Source: an uncultured Aquimarina sp. (GTDB lineage Bacteria; Bacteroidota; Bacteroidia; Flavobacteriales; Flavobacteriaceae). From it: a stretch of DNA of 64,000 nucleotides. The notes under the pieces are model-generated. The model was not told the origin of the DNA, did no database searches, and saw nothing but the letters and a program-made list of their open reading frames with translations. The stretch spans positions 128,060 through 192,059 of the forward strand of contig CANMMM010000006.1 of the NCBI GenBank assembly GCA_947498935.1, written 5' to 3'. Position numbers and translations under genes: made by a program. Positions 29,384 to 39,899 of this stretch are shown here, in pieces (position 1 is the first letter of the stretch; each line of letters begins with the position of its first letter).

Positions 29384-32329
29384 ATGCCATTGCCCAATCC
29401 AACAGATACACATATTCATCAAGCATTTGATCAACTGCACAACTCCTTAGAAGGAGAGTTGTCATACGATTCGCTTACCACTGCTATTTATGCTACAGAT
29501 GCATCTGTATACCGGCGTGTTCCACTAGCGGTGGCATTTCCAAAAAACAAAAGAGATCTTCAGCAAATCATTGCTTTCGCCACGAAGCACAATTGTGGAT
29601 TGATCCCTAGAACAGCAGGCACCTCATTAGCAGGACAGTGTGTAGGAGATGGTATTGTGGTAGACGTATCTAAATATTGGACACAGATTATTGCAGTAGA
29701 TGAAGTCGCTAAAACAGTTACGGTAGCACCAGGAGTGATCCGAGATGATCTGAATCGGTTTTTAAAACCCTATGGATTGTTTTTTGGCCCTAATACGTCT
29801 ACCTCTAACCGATGTATGATTGGTGGAATGGTAGGGAATAATAGTAGTGGTACGACCTCGATTCAATACGGAGTTACGAGGGATAAAGTAGTACGTATGG
29901 ACACTGTGCTGTCAGATGGGAGCGAAGTCTCTTTTTCGAGTCTTTCTAAAGCAGAATTTGAGCAAAAATTAGCGCAAGATGATCTAGAAGGAACGATTTA
30001 CAAGGCAGTATATACCACGCTTAAAGATAAGGAAGTACAAGATCGTATACGAAATAATTTTCCAAAACCAGAAATTCATAGGCGTAGTACAGGTTATGCT
30101 ATAGATATGCTGATCGATACCAATGTATTTCAGGAGCATGCAGCAGATTTTAATATGTGTGCGCTACTAGCAGGTAGCGAAGGGACATTGGCGTTTTCTA
30201 CAGCCATTACCCTACAATTAGATGAATTGCCCCCAGCAAGATCACTAATGATTGCGGCGCATTATACATCGATAGCAGCTTGTCTACAGGCGGTAGCTCC
30301 CGTAATGCAGCATCGCCTATATACCTGCGAAATGATGGATAAAACCATCCTAGATTGTACTAAGAGTAATAAAGAGCAGTTACAAAATCGGTTCTTTATA
30401 GAAGGGGATCCACAAGCGATCTTAATGCTCGAAATTAAAGCAGATACCGCTACTGATTTAGAGACTCAAAAAGAAGCGTTATTAGAAACTTTAGTTGCCT
30501 CAGGGCTTTCGTATGCACATCCGATTCTTAGTGGAGGAGAAATACAGCAGGCATTAGAATTGCGAAAGGCAGGATTAGGACTATTAGGAAACATTGTAGG
30601 GGATAAAAAAGCGGTAGCTTGTATAGAAGATACTGCCGTAGCACTAGATGATCTAGCGCCTTATATCCAAGAGTTTTCGGCATTAATGCAGCGTTATGAG
30701 CAGCAAGCTGTGTATTATGCACATGCAGGGGCAGGGGAATTGCACCTACGTCCAATACTAAATCTAAAGAAAAAAGAGGATGTCGTATTGTTTAAGCAGA
30801 TTACAGATGATGTGGCTGCGCTGGTAAAAAAATACCAAGGATCTATGAGTGGTGAGCACGGAGATGGTATCGTACGTGCTAGTTATATCCCTTATATGAT
30901 TGGAGATGAAAATTATGCCCTGCTGGAAGCGATAAAAGAAGTATTTGATCCTAATGGGATACTCAATCCTGGCAAAATAGTAGCAGCATATCCTATGGAT
31001 ACACATTTGCGCTACGAAATAGATAGAGAAGAGCCTAGCATTCCTACACTACTAGATTTTACAGATTCTATGGGCATTCTACGCGCTACAGAAAAGTGTA
31101 ATGGGAGTGGTGATTGCAGGAAATCAGTAGCGGCAGGAGGGACGATGTGTCCTAGCTATCGCGCTACTTTAGATGAAAAAGATACAACACGTGCTAGAGC
31201 CAATGCCTTGCGCGAGTTTTTAACCAATAGCGAGAAAGCTAATAAATTCGATCAGCAAGCCCTAAAAGAGGTTTTTGACCTTTGTATCAGTTGCAAAGGA
31301 TGTGCGGGCGAATGCCCTTCTAATGTAGATGTAGCTACGTTAAAAGCAGAATTCGAATACCAGTACCAGCAGGCAAATGGTACGCCCTTACGCACTAAAT
31401 TGTTTGCCTACAATACACAATTATTACATATAGGGAGTAAAGTTCCTAAGCTTACGAACTTTTTACTACGTAATAATATCACTTCTACTATTTTAAAAAA
31501 CATATTAGGAGTCGCTAAACAACGTTCATTACCTTTGCTAAGTCCACAAACGTTACGAGCTTGGTGTACTACGCATTTAGCTGCTTTACAGCCTACACAA
31601 CCGATTCGTACCGTCGTACTTTTTATTGATGAATTTACGAATCTATTAGATAGTCCTATCGGTATCGATGCTATTGAGTTACTAACAGCATTGCAATACC
31701 GAGTACAAATTGTAGCACATAAAGAGAGTGGAAGGTCCTTTATTTCCAAAGGACTACTGGCAGAAGCTAAACAATTAGCCAATCATAATATTCAGGTGCT
31801 AAAAGATAGTGTTTCTGATGAAACACCGCTCATAGGTATAGAACCCTCAGCGATATTAACCCTTAGAGATGAATACCTACGATTGGCTGATGATAGAGTA
31901 GCTGCTAAAGCGCTGGCTAAACATGTACTGTTAATTGATGAGTTTTTGGCATCAGAAATTGAGAAAGGACATATTACAGCCGCCCAATTTACGACACAGA
32001 AAAAAGTGATCAAACTGCATGGACACTGCCACCAAAAAGCATTGTCTACAGTGCATAGAACATTTACTTATCTAAATTTACCAACGAATTATACGGTTAC
32101 CATCATTCCATCGGGTTGTTGTGGGATGGCAGGTTCTTTTGGATATGAAAAAGAGCATTATGCTACCAGTATGGCTATTGGAACACAAACACTGTTTCCT
32201 ACCGTTCAAAAAACAGCTACTGATACGCTCATTGCTGCTGTAGGTACTAGTTGTAGACATCAGATACTGGATGGTACTGGTAGAACAGCACTGCATCCTA
32301 TTCATATTCTTAAACAAGCTTTATTATAG
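29384..32329 (+). CDS. FAD-linked oxidase fused to 4Fe-4S and CCG-type domains (YdiJ-like putative D-2-hydroxyacid dehydrogenase)
   Basis: 981 aa. FAD-binding PCMH-type N-terminus (PRTAGTSLAGQCVG), a C-terminal FAD-oxidase motif (GSMSGEHGDGI), Cys clusters (CNGSGDCRK...CPS; CISCKGCAGECPS) and CCG-like repeats (SGCCGMAGSFG). Confidence 0.85.
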   Translation: MPLPNPTDTHIHQAFDQLHNSLEGELSYDSLTTAIYATDASVYRRVPLAVAFPKNKRDLQQIIAFATKHNCGLIPRTAGTSLAGQCVGDGIVVDVSKYWTQIIAVDEVAKTVTVAPGVIRDDLNRFLKPYGLFFGPNTSTSNRCMIGGMVGNNSSGTTSIQYGVTRDKVVRMDTVLSDGSEVSFSSLSKAEFEQKLAQDDLEGTIYKAVYTTLKDKEVQDRIRNNFPKPEIHRRSTGYAIDMLIDTNVFQEHAADFNMCALLAGSEGTLAFSTAITLQLDELPPARSLMIAAHYTSIAACLQAVAPVMQHRLYTCEMMDKTILDCTKSNKEQLQNRFFIEGDPQAILMLEIKADTATDLETQKEALLETLVASGLSYAHPILSGGEIQQALELRKAGLGLLGNIVGDKKAVACIEDTAVALDDLAPYIQEFSALMQRYEQQAVYYAHAGAGELHLRPILNLKKKEDVVLFKQITDDVAALVKKYQGSMSGEHGDGIVRASYIPYMIGDENYALLEAIKEVFDPNGILNPGKIVAAYPMDTHLRYEIDREEPSIPTLLDFTDSMGILRATEKCNGSGDCRKSVAAGGTMCPSYRATLDEKDTTRARANALREFLTNSEKANKFDQQALKEVFDLCISCKGCAGECPSNVDVATLKAEFEYQYQQANGTPLRTKLFAYNTQLLHIGSKVPKLTNFLLRNNITSTILKNILGVAKQRSLPLLSPQTLRAWCTTHLAALQPTQPIRTVVLFIDEFTNLLDSPIGIDAIELLTALQYRVQIVAHKESGRSFISKGLLAEAKQLANHNIQVLKDSVSDETPLIGIEPSAILTLRDEYLRLADDRVAAKALAKHVLLIDEFLASEIEKGHITAAQFTTQKKVIKLHGHCHQKALSTVHRTFTYLNLPTNYTVTIIPSGCCGMAGSFGYEKEHYATSMAIGTQTLFPTVQKTATDTLIAAVGTSCRHQILDGTGRTALHPIHILKQALL

Positions 32330-32571
32330 AAGTGAAAACCAATTTATAATCAATAGATTGCATTATTCATAAAAGTCAATTGCTTAAATATCGTATTTGC
32401 ATATGTGAAGAGTGCATAAAATTACTTTTCTAAGAAAGAGTACTAAAAAATTACATTCTTTCTAAATTACATGTCAAAACTATCTTTTTGTTTCCTTTTT
32501 TTATGTTTATTCTTTTTTTTTACCCATATTGTAGTAATCATATCTAACAATCCTTTGAGCTGCATCGCGTT

Positions 32572-32985
32572 ATGGAGTATGTAAAAGATTCCCCATTTTA
32601 TAAAGAAGCTATCCATGAATTGGAGTATCCATTTGGTAATTATTACCTTTTTGATACTTTTATTATAGCAGAAATTAAGGAAGGAATCGTTTTTACGTGG
32701 GATCACCATGCCCAAAAAGTGGTAAGTGATATGAGTAACCTATATGATCAGAATGGTGAGGATTTGGTGTATATCTCCAATAGAGTACATTCGTATTCTG
32801 TAAAACCCAATGATTGGATCAAGTTTTATAAAAATAATTACAGACTTAAGGGGTATGCTGTAGTCAGCTATTCCCCCAAAGGGTTCTTTGGAGGAATAAT
32901 AGAAAAGTTGTTTGTAAAAAATAAAATCCAGACTTTCGATAATCTAGCAAGTGCCATTGCTTGGGCGAGAACTATCGAAGAATAA
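32572..32985 (+). CDS. Hypothetical protein
   Basis: 137-aa ORF with an ATG start and coding-like composition. No family recognised. Confidence 0.45.
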   Translation: MEYVKDSPFYKEAIHELEYPFGNYYLFDTFIIAEIKEGIVFTWDHHAQKVVSDMSNLYDQNGEDLVYISNRVHSYSVKPNDWIKFYKNNYRLKGYAVVSYSPKGFFGGIIEKLFVKNKIQTFDNLASAIAWARTIEE

Positions 32986-32993
32986 ATAAGTGC

Positions 32994-34622
32994 TTATACC
33001 TGTATCACCCCTAGATTAAAAGGCTTTTCGATCGGTGCTTGATCAGCAGCCTCTATTCCCATAGAAATCCACTTTCTAGTCTCTAATGGATCTATGATAG
33101 CATCTGTCCACAATCTAGCAGCCGCATAATAAGGGGATATTTGTTGGTCATAACGCGCCTTTATCGTATCGAATAATTCTTTTTCATCTTCTTCGGATAA
33201 TTGCTTCCCTTGTTTTTTTAGCGAAGCTGTTTCTATCTGTAATAGTACTTTAGCTGCTTGTGCCCCTCCCATGACCGCTAGTGCAGCACTAGGCCATGCA
33301 CAGATCAATCTAGGATCATATGCCTTTCCACACATCGCATAATTACCTGCACCATACGAATTACCAATGACTACTGTAAATTTAGGCACTACACTATTAC
33401 TCACAGCATTGACCATTTTGGCTCCGTCTTTAATGATGCCACCATGCTCACTTTTACTACCTACCATAAACCCTGTCACATCTTGCAAGAATACAAGCGG
33501 TATTTTCTTTTGATTGCAATTCGCTATAAAGCGAGTAGCCTTATCAGCAGCATCTGAGTAGATAACCCCACCGAATTGCATTTCTCCTTTTTTAGTTTTT
33601 ACGATTTTACGCTGATTCGCTACAATCCCTACTGCCCATCCATCGATTCTGGCATAGCCTGTAATAATCGTCTGTCCGTATCCTTCTTTATAGGCTTCGA
33701 ACTCAGAGTTATCCACCAATCGATTGATAATCTCTTGCATATCATATTGTTCATTCCTCGCTTTTGGGAGTATGCCATAAATATCTTTTGGATTTAGCGC
33801 AGGAGCCTTCGTTGGTATTCTATTATACCCTGTAAGATCAGGAGCTCCAATTTTGCTCACGATATTTTGTATAGTATCTAGTGCATCTTTATCATCTTTG
33901 GATTTATAATCCGTAACCCCAGAAATTTCGCAATGCGTAGTTGCACCACCTAAGGTTTCATTATCGATGGTTTCGCCTATGGCAGCTTTCACTAAATAGC
34001 TACCAGCCAGAAAAATACTTCCTGTTTTATCTACAATCAGTGCTTCATCACTCATAATAGGTAGGTAAGCACCACCCGCTACACAACTGCCCATTACCGC
34101 AGCGATCTGAGTAATTCCCATGCTACTCATCACCGCATTATTTCTAAAAATACGGCCAAAATGTTCTTTATCTGGAAAAATCTCATCCTGCATCGGTAGG
34201 TACACACCAGCACTGTCTACAAGATAGATGATCGGTAATCTATTTTCGATAGCGATTTCTTGTGCTCTTAAGTTTTTCTTTCCTGTAATCGGAAACCAAG
34301 CTCCTGCTTTTACTGTAGCATCATTAGCTACTACTATACACTGTTTACCGCTGATATAGCCGATTTTTACGACTACGCCACCACTTGGGCACCCTCCGTG
34401 TTCTTCATACATCCCTTCTCCTGCAAAAGCGCCTATTTCTATCGCGTTTCTATCGGCATCTAACAGATAATCGATACGTTCTCTAGCCGTCATTTTTCCT
34501 TTTTGGTGTAGTTTTTCGATACGTTTTTCACCGCCACCCAAGTATACTTTGGCTAGTTTATGTTTTAAATCAGAGACTAGAAGTTTATTGTGGTCTTCGT
34601 TTTTATTGAAGTTTAAATCCAT
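32994..34622 (-). CDS. Acyl-CoA carboxylase carboxyltransferase subunit (methylcrotonyl-/propionyl-CoA carboxylase beta-like)
   Basis: MDLNFNKNEDHNKLLV...GGGEKRIEKLHQKGKMTARERIDYLLD and two crotonase-like CT halves. The ATG at 34622 is preferred over the upstream extension to 34697. Confidence 0.9.
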   Translation of the reverse strand: MDLNFNKNEDHNKLLVSDLKHKLAKVYLGGGEKRIEKLHQKGKMTARERIDYLLDADRNAIEIGAFAGEGMYEEHGGCPSGGVVVKIGYISGKQCIVVANDATVKAGAWFPITGKKNLRAQEIAIENRLPIIYLVDSAGVYLPMQDEIFPDKEHFGRIFRNNAVMSSMGITQIAAVMGSCVAGGAYLPIMSDEALIVDKTGSIFLAGSYLVKAAIGETIDNETLGGATTHCEISGVTDYKSKDDKDALDTIQNIVSKIGAPDLTGYNRIPTKAPALNPKDIYGILPKARNEQYDMQEIINRLVDNSEFEAYKEGYGQTIITGYARIDGWAVGIVANQRKIVKTKKGEMQFGGVIYSDAADKATRFIANCNQKKIPLVFLQDVTGFMVGSKSEHGGIIKDGAKMVNAVSNSVVPKFTVVIGNSYGAGNYAMCGKAYDPRLICAWPSAALAVMGGAQAAKVLLQIETASLKKQGKQLSEEDEKELFDTIKARYDQQISPYYAAARLWTDAIIDPLETRKWISMGIEAADQAPIEKPFNLGVIQV

Positions 34623-34702
34623 AGCTGTGTATTCTTTGCACGAAAATACAAAAAAAAGATACTGTTTTCGTGTATTAAATAAGGAGTCATACATCATTAG
34701 TA

Positions 34703-34792
34703 GTGCGTTTCCCTGCGGGTCAGGCTATCCGTTACAATTCCTCGCTCCTCCTATCGTCGGGCTGTGGGATTTCCACTGCTATCCTTAACGCA
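34703..34792 (+). repeat. REP-like element, subtype B (copy R5)
   Basis: gtgcgtttccctgcgggtcaggctatccgttacaattcctcgc...gggatttccactgctatccttaacgca. It lies in a 5' intergenic region. Confidence 0.8.
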
Positions 34793-34846
34793 AAAGAATT
34801 TCTTTATTAATTGTTTTACAATGGTTTACATCCTGTTTACGTAATA

Positions 34847-34940
34847 AAAAACTTATTACGGTCTCAAACTGCTGTAAAACCTGACACGCAATTCTATTTT
34901 TAAATAGTACCATAGCGATGTTATGCTAACATTTATAAAA
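34847..34940 (+). repeat. Third repeat family, copy B
   Basis: aaaacttattacggtctcaaactgctgtaaaacctgaca...tttttaaatagtaccatagcgatgttatgctaac. See 21197-21290. Confidence 0.7.
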
Positions 34941-35101
34941 TGAAGTCATCTTGACTTTTTGTTTTTTACCGAAAATGAGAAGAAATTTGACTGAATAAGG
35001 CACTTTTTGAAATTCATAGCAGCGCTACGGATAAAAAAAGTAACGAAATACAGGTGAATTTCAGGCATTTTTTAGGGAAAAGAAAAAGTCAAGATGAGTT
35101 C
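34941..35101. repeat. MITE-like repeat, variant with type-2 termini at both ends
   Basis: tgaagtcatcttgactttttg...catagcagcgctacgg...cattttttagggaaaagaaaaagtcaagatgagttc. The termini are inverted repeats of each other. Confidence 0.8.
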
Positions 35102-35369
35102 TATATCTGATTTTGTTGATTTTACACCCCTGATAGCGAAGTTCTATTAGATAAAGCAGGTTAAAAGGAGAAAAGCAGTACTGAGTATTCTAAAAAAAAT
35201 GCTAAAATATAACGTGAATCTGGTAAAATAACTAACTAAAAAACAGTAATTTACTAATGATTAACGATAAAAGCCTATCAGTAAAAGGTATTTTTTGACG
35301 ATAAAAAACCGATATTTGTAGTAGAATAACGAACAAAACATACAATTTATACAAATAACCGCATAGAGA

Positions 35370-35552
35370 ATGGGAATGAATAAAAATACAGTGCTTGCAT
35401 GGGCAACAATCATTATGGTGGGAGTAGGATTATTATTGGTCGGATTGGGTGCTTTCCGCTACAGAGATGTATCTGGTTGGGGATTTGCCGCTGTTGGGCT
35501 TGGCTTCTTTGCCAATGCTTGGGTATTTAATGCCCTAAAAGGAAGAGTTTAA
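35370..35552 (+). CDS. Small two-helix membrane protein (hypothetical)
   Basis: 60 aa with two hydrophobic helices, located just upstream of ettA. Confidence 0.45.
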   Translation: MGMNKNTVLAWATIIMVGVGLLLVGLGAFRYRDVSGWGFAAVGLGFFANAWVFNALKGRV

Positions 35553-35595
35553 TAGTACACAAATAAAACATACACTTAGCTAATTATTACTATTT

Positions 35596-37287
35596 ATGTC
35601 AGACGATAAGAAAATTATTTTTTCAATGTCTGGAGTCACTAAAACGTACAAAAGTGCCAATACTCCAGTACTCAAAAATATATATTTAAGCTTTTTTTAC
35701 GGAGCTAAAATCGGAATATTAGGACTCAATGGGTCTGGAAAATCTACCTTGCTCAAAATCATAGCAGGAGTTGATAAAAATTATCAGGGAGATGTAGTAT
35801 TCTCATCAGACTATTCAGTAGGCTACCTAGAACAAGAACCCCAACTAGATCCCGAAAAAACGGTGTTGGATGTCATTAAAGAAGGGGTTTCTGAAACAGT
35901 AGCAGTACTCGATGAGTACAATAAGATCAATGATCTTTTCGCATTGCCAGAAGTATACGAAGATGCCGATAAGATGCAGGAGCTTATGGATAAACAGGCT
36001 AAACTGCAAGATCAGATCGATGCGACCAATGCATGGGAACTAGATACCAAGTTAGAGATCGCTATGGATGCCTTACGTACACCAGATGCCGATAAAAAGA
36101 TTGGAGTATTATCTGGAGGAGAACGTCGTAGAGTAGCACTTTGTAGACTTCTATTAAGAGAGCCAGACGTGTTACTACTAGATGAGCCTACCAACCACCT
36201 CGATGCAGAATCTGTACATTGGTTAGAGCATCACTTAGCCCAATACAAAGGAACGGTGATCGCCGTTACACACGATAGATACTTCTTAGACAATGTAGCA
36301 GGATGGATCTTAGAACTCGATAGAGGAGAAGGAATTCCATGGAAAGGAAATTACTCTTCGTGGTTAGACCAAAAGGCAAAACGCCTTGAGCAAGAGAGTA
36401 AATCTGCATCCAAGCGTCAGAAAACACTAGAACGAGAGCTAGATTGGGTACGACAGGGAGCCAAAGGAAGACAGACAAAACAAAAGGCACGTCTAAAAAA
36501 CTATGATAAGTTACTCAATCAAGACCAAAAGCAACTAGACGAAAAATTAGAAATCTACATCCCTAATGGACCGCGATTAGGAACCAATGTGATCGAGGTA
36601 ACGGGGATTAGCAAAGCCTACGGTGATAAACTACTCTATGAGGATCTAAACTTTAACCTACCACAAGCAGGAATCGTAGGAATCATAGGGCCTAATGGTG
36701 CTGGTAAGACCACTATCTTTAGAATGATTATGGGCGAAGAAACGCCTGATAAAGGTAGTTTTCAGGTAGGAGAAACCGCTAAAATAGCCTATGTAGACCA
36801 AAGTCATAGTAACATCGATCCCGAAAAAACAATATGGCAGAATTTTAGCGATGAGCAAGAATTAATCATGATGGGAGGGAGACAAGTAAATTCTAGAGCC
36901 TATTTAAGTCGTTTTAACTTTGGAGGAAGTGAGCAGAACAAAAAAGTAGCTACACTATCAGGAGGAGAGCGCAACCGATTGCACTTAGCCATGACGCTCA
37001 AAGAAGAAGGAAACGTACTCTTATTAGATGAGCCGACCAATGATCTAGATGTTAATACGCTCAGAGCACTAGAAGAAGGATTAGAAAACTTTGCAGGCTG
37101 TGCAGTAGTTATTTCTCACGATAGATGGTTCTTAGATAGAATTTGTACGCATATATTAGCTTTCGAAGGAGAATCGCAAGTATATTTCTTTGAAGGTAGT
37201 TTCTCTGAGTACGAAGAAAACAAAAAGAAACGCCTAGGAGGAGACCTTACTCCAAAGCGTATCAAATACAAAAAATTAGTACGTTAG
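35596..37287 (+). CDS. ettA: Energy-dependent translational throttle ABC-F ATPase EttA
   Basis: 563 aa with two ABC cassettes (GLNGSGKST / LSGGERRR; GPNGAGKTT / LSGGERNR) and the characteristic N-terminus IFSMSGVTKTY. Confidence 0.95.
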   Translation: MSDDKKIIFSMSGVTKTYKSANTPVLKNIYLSFFYGAKIGILGLNGSGKSTLLKIIAGVDKNYQGDVVFSSDYSVGYLEQEPQLDPEKTVLDVIKEGVSETVAVLDEYNKINDLFALPEVYEDADKMQELMDKQAKLQDQIDATNAWELDTKLEIAMDALRTPDADKKIGVLSGGERRRVALCRLLLREPDVLLLDEPTNHLDAESVHWLEHHLAQYKGTVIAVTHDRYFLDNVAGWILELDRGEGIPWKGNYSSWLDQKAKRLEQESKSASKRQKTLERELDWVRQGAKGRQTKQKARLKNYDKLLNQDQKQLDEKLEIYIPNGPRLGTNVIEVTGISKAYGDKLLYEDLNFNLPQAGIVGIIGPNGAGKTTIFRMIMGEETPDKGSFQVGETAKIAYVDQSHSNIDPEKTIWQNFSDEQELIMMGGRQVNSRAYLSRFNFGGSEQNKKVATLSGGERNRLHLAMTLKEEGNVLLLDEPTNDLDVNTLRALEEGLENFAGCAVVISHDRWFLDRICTHILAFEGESQVYFFEGSFSEYEENKKKRLGGDLTPKRIKYKKLVR

Positions 37288-37310
37288 TACTATTCTTATA
37301 CAACTCTTTA

Positions 37311-37350
37311 CTGCCTAAAAATGTGAATACTTTTTAGGCAGTTGTTTTTT
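37311..37350 (+). terminator. Rho-independent terminator after ettA
   Basis: Stem ctgcctaaaaa / tttttaggcag followed by ttgtttttt. Confidence 0.7.
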
Positions 37351-37362
37351 AATTCTAGACCA

Positions 37363-38064
37363 ATGTCGCTTCGAGATATACAAGTAATCGCATTTGATGC
37401 AGATGATACCTTATGGATCAATGAACCTTTTTTTAGACAGGCAGAAGCCGAAGTTGCTGAACTACTAGCAGTCTATCTGCCCAAAGAAGAGATTCATACA
37501 CGCTTATACGAGATGCAGATGCAAAACCTAGCATTATACGGTTACGGGATCAAAGCATTTACGCTATCTCTCATAGAAGCAGCAATTGCCATCTCTGATG
37601 GAGCAATTGACAGTAGTGGAATCCAGCAATTGATAGCTATTGGCAAGCGTATGTTGCAAGAACCCGTTACCTTACTAGAAGGCATCGAAACTACCTTAGC
37701 TACTTTAGCCACAAAATATCGTTTGGTAGTAGCGACCAAAGGCGATTTATTAGACCAACAACGAAAATTAGAACGTTCTGGGCTCGCATCCTATTTTCAT
37801 CATATAGAAATTGTAGCCCATAAAACAGAAAAGGAATATCGAGCTTTGATACAGCATTTAGATATTCCACCCACAGCTTTTTTAATGGTTGGGAATTCTC
37901 TAAAGTCTGATATTGTACCCGTGCTCAATATCGGAGCACATGCGATTCATATTCCATTTCATACGACTTGGGCACATGAACAGTACGAGGGTACAATTGA
38001 TAGTCCTTTGTTTAAACAAGTAACCGCAGCCAGCGAATTAGTAGCTTTATTTAGTCTGAAGTGA
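37363..38064 (+). CDS. HAD-superfamily hydrolase
   Basis: From the ATG at 37363: MSLRDIQVIAFDADDTLW (DxDxT motif), ATKGD, GNSLKSD. The ORF-track start at 37342 lies inside the ettA terminator. Confidence 0.8.
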   Translation: MSLRDIQVIAFDADDTLWINEPFFRQAEAEVAELLAVYLPKEEIHTRLYEMQMQNLALYGYGIKAFTLSLIEAAIAISDGAIDSSGIQQLIAIGKRMLQEPVTLLEGIETTLATLATKYRLVVATKGDLLDQQRKLERSGLASYFHHIEIVAHKTEKEYRALIQHLDIPPTAFLMVGNSLKSDIVPVLNIGAHAIHIPFHTTWAHEQYEGTIDSPLFKQVTAASELVALFSLK

Positions 38065-38277
38065 TGTAGACTTTTTTAATTTCAGCGGACATCGAAAGAT
38101 TCTATGACCAAATGCAGTAATTTTTGTTGCATAGCAGTACTACGAATAAACAAGTAACCAAATACAGCTAGGTTTCAGTCATTTTTTAGGGAAAAGAAAA
38201 AGTCAAGATGAGTTCATTGTTAATTTTGGGTGCAAAAGCGAATTTTACAGCCAATTAAAAAAAGTGAAAACCACTCT
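38059..38277. repeat. MITE-like repeat: a chimeric complete copy (38059-38215, type-1 left end and type-2 right end) plus a fragment (38225-38277)
   Basis: gaagtgatgtagacttttttaatttcagcgg...gttgcatagcagtactacg...cattttttagggaaaagaaaaagtcaagatgagttc. The first bases overlap the TGA stop of the HAD gene. Confidence 0.8.
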
Positions 38278-38295
38278 GTAACCATTTTCTTTGTT

Positions 38296-38877
38296 TTAAG
38301 GTGTTATCTCTTGCAATTCGATCACTGTGCCGGGCTGCAAAGTGCCTAACATAATATTACCAACTCGTACTCGTACCAATCTAAGCGTAGGAAAACCTAC
38401 AGCAGAAGTCATTTTTCGCACTTGCCTAAATTTACCTTCTGTGAGTGTTACCGAAATCCAACTCGTAGGACCATGACGCGCATCTCGTATCTTTTTTCCT
38501 CTATCTGGTAGTGTAGGAGTGGTGTTTAATTGCAATACTTTACAGGGTTTTGTATCATACTTTTTGCCATTAAAACCAATCTGTACACCCGCTGCTAATG
38601 CTGCAATCGCTTCTGGTGTAATAGCACCATCTACTTGCGCATAGTATTCTTTTTCGATAGCACTGCTATTTACATAATTACTTATTTTTCCATCTGTAGT
38701 GAGTAATAATAGGCCTTCTGATTTTTCGTCTAATCGTCCGATAGACATCGTTCCTTCTGGAAAATCGTGTAAGGCACCTAATAGTTTTTTGGAATGTTGT
38801 TTTTGCCCATTATTGATAAACTGACTCAGGTATCCATAAGGTTTATAAAGCTTAAAATGGCGATGATGAATAGACAT
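38296..38877 (-). CDS. RsuA/RluE-family pseudouridine synthase
   Basis: GRLDEKSEGLLLLTTDG catalytic-Asp motif and KEYYAQV. 193 aa. Confidence 0.85.
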   Translation of the reverse strand: MSIHHRHFKLYKPYGYLSQFINNGQKQHSKKLLGALHDFPEGTMSIGRLDEKSEGLLLLTTDGKISNYVNSSAIEKEYYAQVDGAITPEAIAALAAGVQIGFNGKKYDTKPCKVLQLNTTPTLPDRGKKIRDARHGPTSWISVTLTEGKFRQVRKMTSAVGFPTLRLVRVRVGNIMLGTLQPGTVIELQEITP

Positions 38878-39082
38878 ATAGCTAGCGTATGATACAAAGC
38901 TGCATAGATACTACTAAAAAATGACAAACACCAGATACAGTTTTCATACTAGGTGATTCATTATTAACTTTATTGTATGATGTATGTAATGATCCGAAAA
39001 GTGTAAATCACTTCTTCTATAAAATCACAGATCAACTTACAGGAAAACACTCTAAAAAAGAAAGTTTCTTTTGCGTACACAC

Positions 39083-39877
39083 CTAATCTGTTTCTTTTGC
39101 AGGATACCAGTCTAATTGAATGACCTGTATCGCATTGGTACGAGAGGTAATCATTTCCCGAAATGAAGTGACATCGCTTAGACCATTCGTACCACGGTAG
39201 TGATAAGGATATACTTGTTTAGGCGCAAATGCCATAACAGCATCAGCTGCACTTGCTACAGTCATAGTATAAGGTAAATTCATACATATAAAAGCTTTAT
39301 CGATGTTTTCTAAAGCACGCATTTCAGGAATATCTTCAGTATCTCCAGAAAAGTACACGCGTTCTTCACCTAGCGTAATGATATAGCCATTACCACGTCC
39401 TTTGGGATGAAATTTTAAAGCCTCTTCTCGTAGATTATACATAGGCACAGCTTCTATCTGAATACCATGAGTAGTCGTACGCTCTCCATTTTTCAATACA
39501 ATTAATTGTGATGTATAACGTGCTGGAAGTTTTTCTGCCACAGCGATTGGAGCAATGATCTTAGCATTATTTATAGAGAGTTCTTCTAGCGTATCTATAT
39601 CCATATGATCGCCATGAATATCAGTAATTAGTACAATAGTTGCTTCGGGTTGATTCACAAACCTATTAGCACCGCCTGCGGGATCAATATATAGTGTTAT
39701 ATTTTCATAGGTAAGTACCGCACTAGCATGTTGTATAGGAGTGATATATATGGCTTCTGATACTGCTAGTGTATCTTGGACAGTAGCAGTAGAAGGTATA
39801 GTTTCTGTTTTTTTATCTTTTTTACAGCTGATCAAACAGCAATAGATACAACAGTATATGAAGATACGAATGTGCAT
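39083..39877 (-). CDS. MBL-fold metallo-hydrolase lipoprotein
   Basis: Lipobox CCLISC and ITDIHGDHMD metal-binding motif. 264 aa. Confidence 0.7.
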   Translation of the reverse strand: MHIRIFIYCCIYCCLISCKKDKKTETIPSTATVQDTLAVSEAIYITPIQHASAVLTYENITLYIDPAGGANRFVNQPEATIVLITDIHGDHMDIDTLEELSINNAKIIAPIAVAEKLPARYTSQLIVLKNGERTTTHGIQIEAVPMYNLREEALKFHPKGRGNGYIITLGEERVYFSGDTEDIPEMRALENIDKAFICMNLPYTMTVASAADAVMAFAPKQVYPYHYRGTNGLSDVTSFREMITSRTNAIQVIQLDWYPAKETD

Positions 39878-39899
39878 AGTATTTGGTTTTTATAGCAAA

